NCBI GenBank assembly: GCA_964016885.1
Contig: OZ024743.1
Coordinates: forward strand, 374,108,001-374,172,000
Origin: Eledone cirrhosa
Lineage: Eukaryota
Direction: 5' to 3'
Length of the DNA stretch: 64,000 nt
Shown here piece by piece: positions 1 through 14,426 of this stretch; the stretch's first letter is position 1; each line of letters opens with the position of its first letter. The position numbers were made by a program, and so were the translations under genes. The notes below the pieces were generated by a model. That model made no database searches and was not told the origin of the DNA. It saw only the letters and a program-made list of their open reading frames with translations.

Positions 1-2264
1 GCACTTTATGGTGCAGAGAACACAGTACTACTGACTTACTCTACATGTTTATAGCCAACACTTGTTGCACCTATGTTGCACATAACACAGTACTACTGAC
101 TTACACTATATGTTTATAGACAACACTTGTTGCACTTTATGGTGCAGAGTACACGGTACTACTGACTTACTCTACATGTTTATAGCCAACACTTTTTGCA
201 CTTTATGGTGCAGAGAACAAAGTACTACTGACTTACTCTACATGTTTATAGCCAACACTTGTTGCACTTTATGGTGCAGAGAATACAGTACTACTGACTT
301 AATCTACGTGTTTATAGCCAACATTTGTTGCACTTTATGGTGCAGAGAACAGGGTACTACTGACTTACTCTACATGTTTAAAGCCAACACTTGTTGCACT
401 TTAGGATGCAGAGAACACGGTACTACTGACTTACACTACATGTTTATAGCCAACACATGTTGCACTTTATGGTGCAGAGAACACAGTACTACTGACTTAT
501 TCTACATGTTTATAGCCAACACATGTTGCACTTTATGGTGCAGAGAACACAGTACTACTGACTTACTCTACATGTTTATAGCCAACACTTGTTGCACTTT
601 ATGGTGAAGAGAACGAAGTACTACTGATTTACACTACATGTTTATAGCCAATACTTGTTGTACCTATGTTGCACATAACACAGTACTACTGACTTACACT
701 ACATGTTTATAGCCAACACATGTTGCACTTTATGGTGCAGAGAACAGAGTACTACTGGCTTACTCTACATGTTTATAGCCAACACATGTTGCACTTTATG
801 GTGCAGAGAACAGAGTACTACTGACTTATTCTACATGTTTATAGCCAACACATGTTGCACTTTATGGTGCAGAGAATACAGTACTACTGACTTACTCTAC
901 ATGTTTATAGCCAACACTTGTTGCATTTTATGGTGCAGAGAACAAAGTACTACTGACTTACTCTACATGTTTATAGCCAACACTTGTTGCACCTATGTTG
1001 CACATAACACAGTACTACTGACTTTCACTACGTCTTTATAGCCAACACTTGTTGCACTTTATGGTGCAGAGAACACGGTACTACTGACTTACACTACATG
1101 TTTATAGCCAATACTTGTTGTACTTTATGGTGCAGAGAACACGGTACTACTGACTTACTCTACATGTTTATAGCCAACAGTTGTTGCACTTTTTGGTGCA
1201 GAGAACACGGTACTACTGACTTACACTACATGTTTATAGCCAACACTTGTTGCACTTTATGGTGCAGAGAACACGGTACTACTGACTTACTCTACATGTT
1301 TATAGCCAACAGTTGTTGCACTTTATGGTGCAGAGAACAAAGTACTACTGACTTACTCTACATGTATTTAGCCAACACTTGTTGCACTTTATGGTGCAGA
1401 GAACAAAGTACTACTGACTTACTCTACATGTTTATAGCCAACACTTGTTGCACTTTATGGTGCAGAGAACAAAGTACTACTGACTTACACTACATGTTTA
1501 TAGCCAACACTTGTTGCACTTTATGGTGCAGCGAACAAAGTACTACTGGCTTACTCTACATGTTTATAGCCAACACTTGTTGCAATTTATGGTGCAGAGA
1601 ACACAGTACTACTGACTTACTCTACGTGTTTATGGCCAACACTTGTTGCACTTTATGGTGCAGAGAACACAGTTCTACTGACTTACTCTACATGTTTATA
1701 GCCAACACTTGTTGCACTTTAGGATGCAGAGAACACGGTACTACTGACTTACTCTACATGTTTATAGCCAACACTTGTTGCACTTTAGGATGCAGAGAAC
1801 ACAGTATTACTGGCTTACTCTACATGTTTATAGCCAACACTTGTTGCACTTTATGGTGCAGAGAACACAGTACTACTGACTTACACTACATGTTTATAGC
1901 CAACACTTGTTGCACTTTAGGATGCAGAGAACACGGTACTACTGGCTTACTCTACATGTTTATAGCCAACACTTGTTGCACTTTAGGATGCAGAGAACAC
2001 GGTACTACTGACTTACTCTACATGTTTATAGCCAACACTTGTTGCACTTTATGGTGCAGAGAACACAGTCCTACTGACTTACTCTATATGTTTATAGCCA
2101 ACACTTGTTGCACTTTATGGTGCACATAACACAGTACTACTGACTTACCCTATATGTTTATAGCCAACACTTGTTGCACTTTATGGTGCAGAGAACAAAG
2201 TACTACTGACTTACTCTACATGTTTATAGCCAACACTTAGTTGCACTTTATGGTGCAGAGAACG

Positions 2265-5200
2265 AAGTACTACTGACTTACTCTACATGTTTATAGCCAA
2301 CACTTGTTGCACCTATGTTGCACATAACACAGTACTACTGACTTACACTATATGTTTATAGACAACACTTGTTGCACTTTATGGTGCAGAGTACACGGTA
2401 CTACTGACTTACTCTACATGTTTATAGCCAACACTTGTTGCACCTATGTTGCACATAACACAGTACTACTGACTTACACTATATGTTTATAGACAACACT
2501 TGTTGCACTTTATGGTGCAGAGAACACGGTACTACTGACTTACTCTACATGTTTATAGCCAACACTAGTTACACTTTATGGTGCAGAGAACACAGTACTA
2601 CTGACTTACTCTACATGTTTATAGCCAACACTTGTTGCACTTTAGGATGCAGAGAACAAAGTACTACTGACTTACTCGACATGTTTATAGCCAACACTTG
2701 TTGCACTTTATGGTGCAGAGAATACAGTACTACTGACTTACTCTACATGTTTATAGCCAACACTTGTTGCACTTTATGTTGCACATAACACAGTACTACT
2801 GACTTTCACTACATGTTTATAGCCAACACTTGTTGCACTTTATGTTGCACATAACAAAGTACTACTGACTTTCACTACATGTTTATAGCCAACACTTGTT
2901 GCACTTTAGGATGCAGAGAACACGGTACTACTGACTTACTCTACATGTTTATAGCCAACACTTGTTGCACTTTATGGTGCAGAGAACAAAATAATACTGA
3001 CTTACTCTATATGTTTATAGCCAACACTTGTTGCACTGTATGGTGCAGAGAACAAAGTACTACTGACTTACCCTATATGTTTATAGCCAACACTTGTTGC
3101 ACTTTATGGTGCAGAGAACAAAGTACTACTGACTTACTCTACATGTTTATAGCCAACACTTGTTGCACCTATGTTGCACATAACACAGTACTACTGACTT
3201 ACACTATATGTTTATAGACAACACTTGTTGCACTTTATGGTGCAGAGTACACGGTACTACTGACTTACTCTACATGTTTATAGCCAACACTTGTTGCACT
3301 TTATGGTGCAGAGAACACGGTACTACTGACTTACTCTATATGTTTATAGCCAACACTTGTTGCACTTTAGGATGCAGAGAACACGGTACTACTGACTTAC
3401 TCTACATGTTTATAGCCAACACTTGTTGCACCTATGTTGCACATAACACAGTACTAATGACTTACACTACATGTTTATAGCCAACACGTGTTGCACTTTA
3501 TGGTGCAGAGAACAAAGTACTAGTGGCTTACTCTACATGTTTATAGCCAACACTTGTTGCACTTTATGGTGCAGAGAACAAAGTACTACTGACTTACTCT
3601 ACATGTTTATAGCCAACACTTGTTGCGGTTTATGGTGCAGGCAGAGAACAAAGTACTACTGACTTACTCTACATGTTTATAGCCAACACTTGTTCCACCT
3701 ATGTTGCACATAACACAGTACTAATGACTTACACTACATGTTTATAGCCAACACATGTTGCACTTTATGGTGCAGAGAACAAAGTACTAGTGGCTTACTC
3801 TACATGTTTATAGCCAACACATGTTGCACTTTATGGTGCAGAGAACTCGGTACTACTGACTTACTCTACATGTTTATAGCCAACACTTGTTGAACTTTAT
3901 GGTGCAGAGAACAAAGTACTACTGACTTACTCTACATGTTTATAGCCAACACTTGTTGCACCTATGTTGCACATAACACAGAACTACTGACTTACACTAC
4001 ATGTTTATAGCCAACACTTGTTGCACTTTATGGTGCAGAGAACAAAGTACTACTGGCTTACTCTACATGTTTATAGCCAACACTTGTTGCACTTTATGGT
4101 GCAGAGAACAAAGTACTACTGACTTACTCTACATGTTTATAGCCAACACTTGTTGCACCTATGTTGCACATAAAACAGTACTACTGAATTACACTACATG
4201 TTTATAGCCAACACTTGTTGCACTTTATAGTGCAGAGTACACGGTACTACTGACATACTCTACATGTTTATAGCCAACACTTGTTGAACTTTATGGTGCA
4301 GAGAACACAGTACTACTGACTTACTCTAAATGTTTATAGCCAACAATTGTTGCACCTATGTTGCACATAACACAGTACTAATGACTTACACTACATGTTT
4401 ATAGCCGACACTTGTTGCACTTTATGGTGCAGAGTACACGGTACTACTGACTGACTCTACATGTTTATAGCCAACACTTGTTGCACTTTATGGTGCAGAG
4501 AACACGGTACTACTGACTTACTCTACATGTTTATAGCCAACACTTGTTGCACTTTATGGTGCAGAGAACAAAGCACTACTGACTTACTCTACATGTTTAT
4601 AGCCAACACCTATTGCACTTTATGGTGCAGAGAACAAAGCACTACTGACTTACTCTACATGTTTATAGCCAACACTTTTTGCACTTTATGGTGCAGAGAA
4701 TACAGTACTACTGACTTATTCTACATCTTTATAGCCAACACTTGTTGCACTTTATGGTGCAGAGAACGAAGTTCTACTGACTTACACTACATGTTTATAG
4801 CCAACACATGTTGCACTTTATGGTGCAGAGAACACAGTACTACTGACTTACTCTACATGTTTATAGCCAACACATGTTGCACTTTATGGTGCAGAGAACA
4901 CAGTACTACTGACTTACTCTACATGTTTATAGCCAACACTTGTTGCACTTTATGGTGCAGAGAACGAAGTACTACTGACTTACACTACATGTTTATAGCC
5001 AACACATGTTGCACTTTATGGTGCAGAGAACACAGTACTACTGACTTACTCTACATGTTTATAGCCAACACTTGTTGCACCTACGTTGCACATAACACAG
5101 TACTACTGACTTTCACTACATATTTATAGCCAACACTTGTTGAACTTTATGGTGCAGAGAATACAGTACTACTGACTTACTATACATGTTTATAGCCAAC

Positions 5201-8200
5201 ACTTGTTGCACTTTATGTTGCACATAACACAGTACTACTGACTTTCACTACATATTTATAGCCAACACTTGTTGCACTTTAGGATGCAGAGAACACGGTA
5301 CTACTGACTTACTCTAAATGTTTATAGCCAACACTTGTTGCACTTTAGGATGCAGAGAACACGGTACTACTGACTTACTCTACATGTTTATAGCCAACAC
5401 TTGTTGCACTTTATGGTGCAAAGAACACGGTACTACTGACTTACCCTACATGTTTATAGCCAACACTTGTTGCACTTTATGGTGCAGAGAACATTGGACT
5501 ACAGACTTACTCTACATGTTTATAGCCAACACTTTTTGCACTTTATGGTGCAGAGAATACAGTACTACTGACTTACTCTACATCTTTATAGCCAACACTT
5601 GTTGCACTTTATGGTGCAGAGAACAAAGTACTACTGACTTACCCTATATGTTTATAGCCAACACTTGTTGCAATTTATGGTGCAGAGAACACAGTACTAC
5701 TGACTTATACTACATGTTTATAGCCAACACATGTTGCACTTTATGGTGCAGAGAACACAGTACTACTGACTTACTCTACATGTTTATAGCCAACACATGT
5801 TGCACTTTATGGTGCAGAGAACACAGTACTACTGACTTACTCTACATGTTTATAACCAACACTTGTTGCACTTTATGGTGAAGAGAACGAAGCACTACTG
5901 ATTTACACTACATGTTTATAGCCAATACTTGTTGTACCTATGTTGCACATAACACAGTACTACTGACTTACACTACATGTTTATAGCCAACACATGTTGC
6001 ACTTTATGGTGCAGAGAACAGAGTACTACTGACTTACTCTACATGTTTATAGCCAACACTTGTTGCACTTTATGGTGCAGAGAACGAAGAACTACTGACT
6101 TACACTACATGTTTATAGCCAACACATGTTGCACTTTATGGTGCAGAGAACACAGTACTACTGACTTGCTCTACATGTTTATAGCCAACACTTGTTGCAC
6201 TTTATGGTGCAGAGAACGAAGTACTACTGATTTAAATTACATGTTTATAGCCAATACTTGTTGCACCTATGTTGCACATAACACAGTACTACTGACTTAC
6301 ACTACATGTTTATAGCCAACACTTGTTGCACTTTATGGTGCAGAGTACACGGTACTACTGACTTACTCTACATGTTTATAGCCAACACTTGTTGCACCTA
6401 TGTTGCACATAACACAGTACTAATGACTTACACTACATGTTTATAGCCAACACGTGTTGCACTTTATGGTGCAGAGAACAAAGTACTAGTGGCTTACTCT
6501 ACATGTTTATAGCCAACACTTGTTGCACTTTATGGTGCAGAGAACAAAGTACTACTGACTTACTCTACATGTTTATAGCCAACACTTGTTGCGGTTTATG
6601 GTGCACATAACACAGTACTACTGACTTACTCTACATGTTTATAGCGAACACTTGTTGCACCTATGTTACACATAACACAGTACTAATAACTTACACTACA
6701 TGTTTATAGCCAACACGTGTTGCACTTTATGGTGCAGAGAACAAAATACTAGTGGCTTACTCTACATGTTTATAGCCAACACTTGTTGCACTTTATGGTG
6801 CAGAGAACACGGTACTACTGACTTACTCTACGTGTTTATAGCCAACACTTTTGGACTTTATGGTGCAGAGAACAGGGTACGACTGACTTACTCTACATGT
6901 TTAAAGCCAACACTTGTTGCACTTTAGGATGCAGAGAACACGGTACTACTGACTTACACTATATGTTTATAGCCAACACTTGTTGCACCTATGTTGCACA
7001 TAACCCAGTACTACTGACTTACACTACATGTTTATAGCCAACACTTGTTGCACTTTATGGTGGAGAGAACAAAGTACTACTGGCTTACTCTACATGTTTA
7101 TAGCCAACACTTGTTGCACTTTATGGTGCAGAGAACAAAGTACTACTGACTTACTCTACATGTTTATAGCCAACACTTGTTGCACCTATGTTGCACATAA
7201 CACAGTACTACTGACTTACACTACATGTTTATAGCCAACACTTGTTGCACTTTATGGTGCAGAGTACACGGTACTACTGACTTACTCTACATGTTTATAG
7301 CCAAAACTTGTTGCACCTATGTTGCACATAACACAGTACTACTGACTTACTCTACATTTTTATAGCCAACACTTGTTGCACTTTATGGTGCAGAGAACAA
7401 AGTACTACTGGCTAACTCTACATGTTTATAGCCAACACTTGTTGCACTTTATGGTGCAGAGAACACAGTACTACTGACTTACTCTACATGTTTATAGGCA
7501 ACACTTTTTGCACTTTATGGTGCAGAGAATACAGTACTACTGACTTACTCTACATGTTTATAGCCAACACTTGTTGCACTTTATGGTGCAGAGAACAAAG
7601 TACTACTGACTTACACTACATGTTTATAGCCAACACATGTTGCACTTTATGGTGCAGAGAACACAGTACTACTGACTTACTCTACATGTTTATAGCCAAC
7701 ACTTGTTGCACCTATGTTGCACATAACACAGTACTACTGACTTACACTATATGTTTATAGACAACACTTGTTGCACTTTATAGTGCAGAGTACACGGTAC
7801 TACTGACTTACTCTACATGTTTATAGCCAACACTTTTTGCACTTTATGGTGCAGAGAACAAAGTACTACTGACTTACTCTACATGTTTATAGCCAACACT
7901 TGTTGCACCTATGTTGCACATAACACAGTACTACTGACTTACACTACATGTTTATAGCCAACACTTGTTGCACTTTATGGTGCAGAGAATACAGTACTAC
8001 TGACTTAATCTACGTGTTTATAGCCAACACTTGTTGCACTTTATGGTGCAGAGAACAGGGTACTACTGACTTACTCTACATGTTTAAAGCCAACACTTGT
8101 TGCACTTTAGGATACAGAGAACACGGTACTACTGACTTACATTACATGTTTATAGCCAACACTTGTTGAACTTTATGGTGCAGAGAACAAAGTACTACTG

Positions 8201-11200
8201 ACTTACTCTACATGTATATAGCCAACACGTGTTGCACATTATGGTGCAGAGAACAAAGTACTAGTGGCTTACTCTACATGTTTATAGCCAACACTTGTTG
8301 CACTTTATGGTGCAGAGAACAAAGTACTACTGACTTACTCTACATGTTTATAGCCAACACTTGTTGCACCTATGTTGCACATAACACAGTACTACTGACT
8401 TACACTATATGTTTATAGACAACACTTGTTGCACTTTATGGTGCAGAGTACACGGTACTACTGACTTACTCTACATGTTTATAGCCAACACTTGTTGCAC
8501 CTATGTTGCACATAACACAGTACTACTGACTTACACTATATGTTTATAGACAACACTTGTTGCACTTTATGGTGCAGAGAACACGGTACTACTGACTTAC
8601 TCTACATGTTTATAGCCAACACTAGTTACACTTTATGGTGCAGAGAACACAGTACTACTGACTTACTCTACATGTTTATAGCCAACACTTGTTGCACTTT
8701 AGGATGCAGAGAACAAAGTACTACTGACTTACTCGACATGTTTATAGCCAACACTTGTTGCACTTTATGGTGCAGAGAATACAGTACTACTGACTTACTC
8801 TACATGTTTATAGCCAACACTTGTTGCACTTTATGTTGCACATAACACAGTACTACTGACTTTCACTACATGTTTATAGCCAACACTTGTTGCACTTTAT
8901 GTTGCACATAACAAAGTACTACTGACTTTCACTACATGTTTATAGCCAACACTTGTTGCACTTTAGGATGCAGAGAACACGGTACTACTGACTTACTCTA
9001 CATGTTTATAGCCAACACTTGTTGCACTTTATGGTGCAGAGAACAAAATAATACTGACTTACTCTATATGTTTATAGCCAACACTTGTTGCACTGTATGG
9101 TGCAGAGAACAAAGTACTACTGACTTACCCTATATGTTTATAGCCAACACTTGTTGCACTTTATGGTGCAGAGAACAAAGTACTACTGACTTACTCTACA
9201 TGTTTATAGCCAACACTTGTTGCACCTATGTTGCACATAACACAGTACTACTGACTTACACTATATGTTTATAGACAACACTTGTTGCACTTTATGGTGC
9301 AGAGTACACGGTACTACTGACTTACTCTACATGTTTATAGCCAACACTTGTTGCACTTTATGGTGCAGAGAACACGGTACTACTGACTTACTCTATATGT
9401 TTATAGCCAACACTTGTTGCACTTTAGGATGCAGAGAACACGGTACTACTGACTTACTCTACATGTTTATAGCCAACACTTGTTGCACCTATGTTGCACA
9501 TAACACAGTACTAATGACTTACACTACATGTTTATAGCCAACACGTGTTGCACTTTATGGTGCAGAGAACAAAGTACTAGTGGCTTACTCTACATGTTTA
9601 TAGCCAACACTTGTTGCACTTTATGGTGCAGAGAACAAAGTACTACTGACTTACTCTACATGTTTATAGCCAACACTTGTTGCGGTTTATGGTGCAGGCA
9701 GAGAACAAAGTACTACTGACTTACTCTACATGTTTATAGCCAACACTTGTTCCACCTATGTTGCACATAACACAGTACTAATGACTTACACTACATGTTT
9801 ATAGCCAACACATGTTGCACTTTATGGTGCAGAGAACAAAGTACTAGTGGCTTACTCTACATGTTTATAGCCAACACATGTTGCACTTTATGGTGCAGAG
9901 AACTCGGTACTACTGACTTACTCTACATGTTTATAGCCAACACTTGTTGAACTTTATGGTGCAGAGAACAAAGTACTACTGACTTACTCTACATGTTTAT
10001 AGCCAACACTTGTTGCACCTATGTTGCACATAACACAGAACTACTGACTTACACTACATGTTTATAGCCAACACTTGTTGCACTTTATGGTGCAGAGAAC
10101 AAAGTACTACTGGCTTACTCTACATGTTTATAGCCAACACTTGTTGCACTTTATGGTGCAGAGAACAAAGTACTACTGACTTACTCTACATGTTTATAGC
10201 CAACACTTGTTGCACCTATGTTGCACATAAAACAGTACTACTGAATTACACTACATGTTTATAGCCAACACTTGTTGCACTTTATAGTGCAGAGTACACG
10301 GTACTACTGACATACTCTACATGTTTATAGCCAACACTTGTTGAACTTTATGGTGCAGAGAACACAGTACTACTGACTTACTCTAAATGTTTATAGCCAA
10401 CAATTGTTGCACCTATGTTGCACATAACACAGTACTAATGACTTACACTACATGTTTATAGCCGACACTTGTTGCACTTTATGGTGCAGAGTACACGGTA
10501 CTACTGACTGACTCTACATGTTTATAGCCAACACTTGTTGCACTTTATGGTGCAGAGAACACGGTACTACTGACTTACTCTACATGTTTATAGCCAACAC
10601 TTGTTGCACTTTATGGTGCAGAGAACAAAGCACTACTGACTTACTCTACATGTTTATAGCCAACACCTATTGCACTTTATGGTGCAGAGAACAAAGCACT
10701 ACTGACTTACTCTACATGTTTATAGCCAACACTTTTTGCACTTTATGGTGCAGAGAATACAGTACTACTGACTTATTCTACATCTTTATAGCCAACACTT
10801 GTTGCACTTTATGGTGCAGAGAACGAAGTTCTACTGACTTACACTACATGTTTATAGCCAACACATGTTGCACTTTATGGTGCAGAGAACACAGTACTAC
10901 TGACTTACTCTACATGTTTATAGCCAACACATGTTGCACTTTATGGTGCAGAGAACACAGTACTACTGACTTACTCTACATGTTTATAGCCAACACTTGT
11001 TGCACTTTATGGTGCAGAGAACGAAGTACTACTGACTTACACTACATGTTTATAGCCAACACATGTTGCACTTTATGGTGCAGAGAACACAGTACTACTG
11101 ACTTACTCTACATGTTTATAGCCAACACTTGTTGCACCTACGTTGCACATAACACAGTACTACTGACTTTCACTACATATTTATAGCCAACACTTGTTGA

Positions 11201-14200
11201 ACTTTATGGTGCAGAGAATACAGTACTACTGACTTACTATACATGTTTATAGCCAACACTTGTTGCACTTTATGTTGCACATAACACAGTACTACTGACT
11301 TTCACTACATATTTATAGCCAACACTTGTTGCACTTTAGGATGCAGAGAACACGGTACTACTGACTTACTCTAAATGTTTATAGCCAACACTTGTTGCAC
11401 TTTAGGATGCAGAGAACACGGTACTACTGACTTACTCTACATGTTTATAGCCAACACTTGTTGCACTTTATGGTGCAAAGAACACGGTACTACTGACTTA
11501 CCCTACATGTTTATAGCCAACACTTGTTGCACTTTATGGTGCAGAGAACATTGGACTACAGACTTACTCTACATGTTTATAGCCAACACTTTTTGCACTT
11601 TATGGTGCAGAGAATACAGTACTACTGACTTACTCTACATCTTTATAGCCAACACTTGTTGCACTTTATGGTGCAGAGAACAAAGTACTACTGACTTACC
11701 CTATATGTTTATAGCCAACACTTGTTGCAATTTATGGTGCAGAGAACACAGTACTACTGACTTATACTACATGTTTATAGCCAACACATGTTGCACTTTA
11801 TGGTGCAGAGAACACAGTACTACTGACTTACTCTACATGTTTATAGCCAACACATGTTGCACTTTATGGTGCAGAGAACACAGTACTACTGACTTACTCT
11901 ACATGTTTATAACCAACACTTGTTGCACTTTATGGTGAAGAGAACGAAGCACTACTGATTTACACTACATGTTTATAGCCAATACTTGTTGTACCTATGT
12001 TGCACATAACACAGTACTACTGACTTACACTACATGTTTATAGCCAACACATGTTGCACTTTATGGTGCAGAGAACAGAGTACTACTGACTTACTCTACA
12101 TGTTTATAGCCAACACTTGTTGCACTTTATGGTGCAGAGAACGAAGAACTACTGACTTACACTACATGTTTATAGCCAACACATGTTGCACTTTATGGTG
12201 CAGAGAACACAGTACTACTGACTTGCTCTACATGTTTATAGCCAACACTTGTTGCACTTTATGGTGCAGAGAACGAAGTACTACTGATTTAAATTACATG
12301 TTTATAGCCAATACTTGTTGCACCTATGTTGCACATAACACAGTACTACTGACTTACACTACATGTTTATAGCCAACACTTGTTGCACTTTATGGTGCAG
12401 AGTACACGGTACTACTGACTTACTCTACATGTTTATAGCCAACACTTGTTGCACCTATGTTGCACATAACACAGTACTAATGACTTACACTACATGTTTA
12501 TAGCCAACACGTGTTGCACTTTATGGTGCAGAGAACAAAGTACTAGTGGCTTACTCTACATGTTTATAGCCAACACTTGTTGCACTTTATGGTGCAGAGA
12601 ACAAAGTACTACTGACTTACTCTACATGTTTATAGCCAACACTTGTTGCGGTTTATGGTGCACATAACACAGTACTACTGACTTACTCTACATGTTTATA
12701 GCGAACACTTGTTGCACCTATGTTACACATAACACAGTACTAATAACTTACACTACATGTTTATAGCCAACACGTGTTGCACTTTATGGTGCAGAGAACA
12801 AAATACTAGTGGCTTACTCTACATGTTTATAGCCAACACTTGTTGCACTTTATGGTGCAGAGAACACGGTACTACTGACTTACTCTACGTGTTTATAGCC
12901 AACACTTTTGGACTTTATGGTGCAGAGAACAGGGTACGACTGACTTACTCTACATGTTTAAAGCCAACACTTGTTGCACTTTAGGATGCAGAGAACACGG
13001 TACTACTGACTTACACTATATGTTTATAGCCAACACTTGTTGCACCTATGTTGCACATAACCCAGTACTACTGACTTACACTACATGTTTATAGCCAACA
13101 CTTGTTGCACTTTATGGTGGAGAGAACAAAGTACTACTGGCTTACTCTACATGTTTATAGCCAACACTTGTTGCACTTTATGGTGCAGAGAACAAAGTAC
13201 TACTGACTTACTCTACATGTTTATAGCCAACACTTGTTGCACCTATGTTGCACATAACACAGTACTACTGACTTACACTACATGTTTATAGCCAACACTT
13301 GTTGCACTTTATGGTGCAGAGTACACGGTACTACTGACTTACTCTACATGTTTATAGCCAAAACTTGTTGCACCTATGTTGCACATAACACAGTACTACT
13401 GACTTACTCTACATTTTTATAGCCAACACTTGTTGCACTTTATGGTGCAGAGAACAAAGTACTACTGGCTAACTCTACATGTTTATAGCCAACACTTGTT
13501 GCACTTTATGGTGCAGAGAACACAGTACTACTGACTTACTCTACATGTTTATAGGCAACACTTTTTGCACTTTATGGTGCAGAGAATACAGTACTACTGA
13601 CTTACTCTACATGTTTATAGCCAACACTTGTTGCACTTTATGGTGCAGAGAACAAAGTACTACTGACTTACACTACATGTTTATAGCCAACACATGTTGC
13701 ACTTTATGGTGCAGAGAACACAGTACTACTGACTTACTCTACATGTTTATAGCCAACACTTGTTGCACCTATGTTGCACATAACACAGTACTACTGACTT
13801 ACACTATATGTTTATAGACAACACTTGTTGCACTTTATAGTGCAGAGTACACGGTACTACTGACTTACTCTACATGTTTATAGCCAACACTTTTTGCACT
13901 TTATGGTGCAGAGAACAAAGTACTACTGACTTACTCTACATGTTTATAGCCAACACTTGTTGCACCTATGTTGCACATAACACAGTACTACTGACTTACA
14001 CTACATGTTTATAGCCAACACTTGTTGCACTTTATGGTGCAGAGAATACAGTACTACTGACTTAATCTACGTGTTTATAGCCAACACTTGTTGCACTTTA
14101 TGGTGCAGAGAACAGGGTACTACTGACTTACTCTACATGTTTAAAGCCAACACTTGTTGCACTTTAGGATACAGAGAACACGGTACTACTGACTTACATT

Positions 14201-14426
14201 ACATGTTTATAGCCAACACTTGTTGAACTTTATGGTGCAGAGAACAAAGTACTACTGACTTACTCTACATGTATATAGCCAACACGTGTTGCACATTATG
14301 GTGCAGAGAACAAAGTACTAGTGGCTTACTCTACATGTTTATAGCCAACACTTGTTGCACTTTATGGTGCAGAGAACAAAGTACTACTGACTTACTCTAC
14401 ATGTTTATAGCCAACACTTGTTGCAC
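2265..14426. repeat. Higher-order tandem duplication, period 6057 bp (92 monomers), two copies
   Basis: Identical ORF translations at constant offset 6057 (2483/8540, 2879/8936, 4461/10518, 7948/14005). Private SNPs shared by the pair (taacccagta ~7001/13058; gcacattatg ~8234/14291). Length check: 92x66=6072, minus 19 one-base-short monomers, plus one 4-bp insertion = 6057. Confidence 0.95.
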
